Below are positions 63,648 through 64,000 of a stretch of 64,000 nucleotides of DNA, piece by piece. Source of the DNA: Tubiluchus corallicola (Eukaryota > Animalia > Priapulida); the NCBI GenBank assembly GCA_030141605.1, contig JAQGDQ010000693.1, positions 47,451 through 111,450 on the forward strand, read 5' to 3'. The notes beneath the pieces are model-generated. The model saw only the letters and a list, made by a program, of their open reading frames with translations. It was not told the DNA's origin and did no database searches. Every line of letters begins with the position of its first letter. Within the stretch, counting starts at the first letter, position 1. The translations under genes and the position numbers were made by a program.

Positions 63648-63854
63648 CATTTGCTGAGTTTTTTGAAAAAACATGGAACAATTCCCACGAAGACTATTCA
63701 AGTCAGCTTTCAACATTGACAGTGTACTTAAGAGCTGCACTGCCTGCGATTTTTCTACCACAGACATTCCACTCCGTCTATTATGATCAGCAAGTTCTTC
63801 TGACAGCAGAAGGTTCTGCTGAGACTGAATAAGCTCTTGTTCTCGCTGCTTAAT
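63648..63854 (-). CDS. Coiled-coil internal exon on the minus strand (69 codons)
   Basis: TTTTCCTTTAAG acceptor, ATG|GTATGT donor, phase 0-0, IKQREQELIQSQQ...FFQKTQQM. Confidence 0.7.
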
Positions 63855-64000
63855 CTTAAAGGAAAACAGCATTCTTAGCCTCAATGATCTTTTATAATAA
63901 TGCAATGATCAGTAATTTAAGAGTTTCAATTCTAAATTCATCAAGAATCCTACAAAACCCAACTTTTGTCAACTTTTAATAGAATAATCGTAAACATGTT

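Overview
AT-rich, intron-containing animal (invertebrate-like) genomic DNA. 1-37839 (+) is the 3' part of a giant nesprin-1/Msp300/ANC-1-family gene. I traced 48 phase-consistent exons by hand: acidic tandem-repeat exons, then spectrin repeats, then a C-terminal KASH domain ending GPPPF*. It has candidate regulated microexons and candidate stop-containing exons just before the KASH exon. Next comes a convergent SCCPDH gene (-) with an intronless CDS. A ~9 kb transposon cluster follows: MITEs, an internally deleted LINE with a 2A-like peptide, a solo LTR inside a decayed LINE, and a dead Tc1. Then comes a COA7/THUMPD1 pair (+), and finally a multi-exon coiled-coil gene (+) interleaved with opposite-strand coiled-coil exon candidates. 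The standout signal: the whole COA7 coding sequence sits almost exactly inside a GT..AG intron (50782-51478). Removing that intron joins an upstream ATG-GAG in frame to the THUMPD1 ORF, suggesting one transcription unit switched between two unrelated proteins by intron retention. All calls are from manual reading; no database searches were run.
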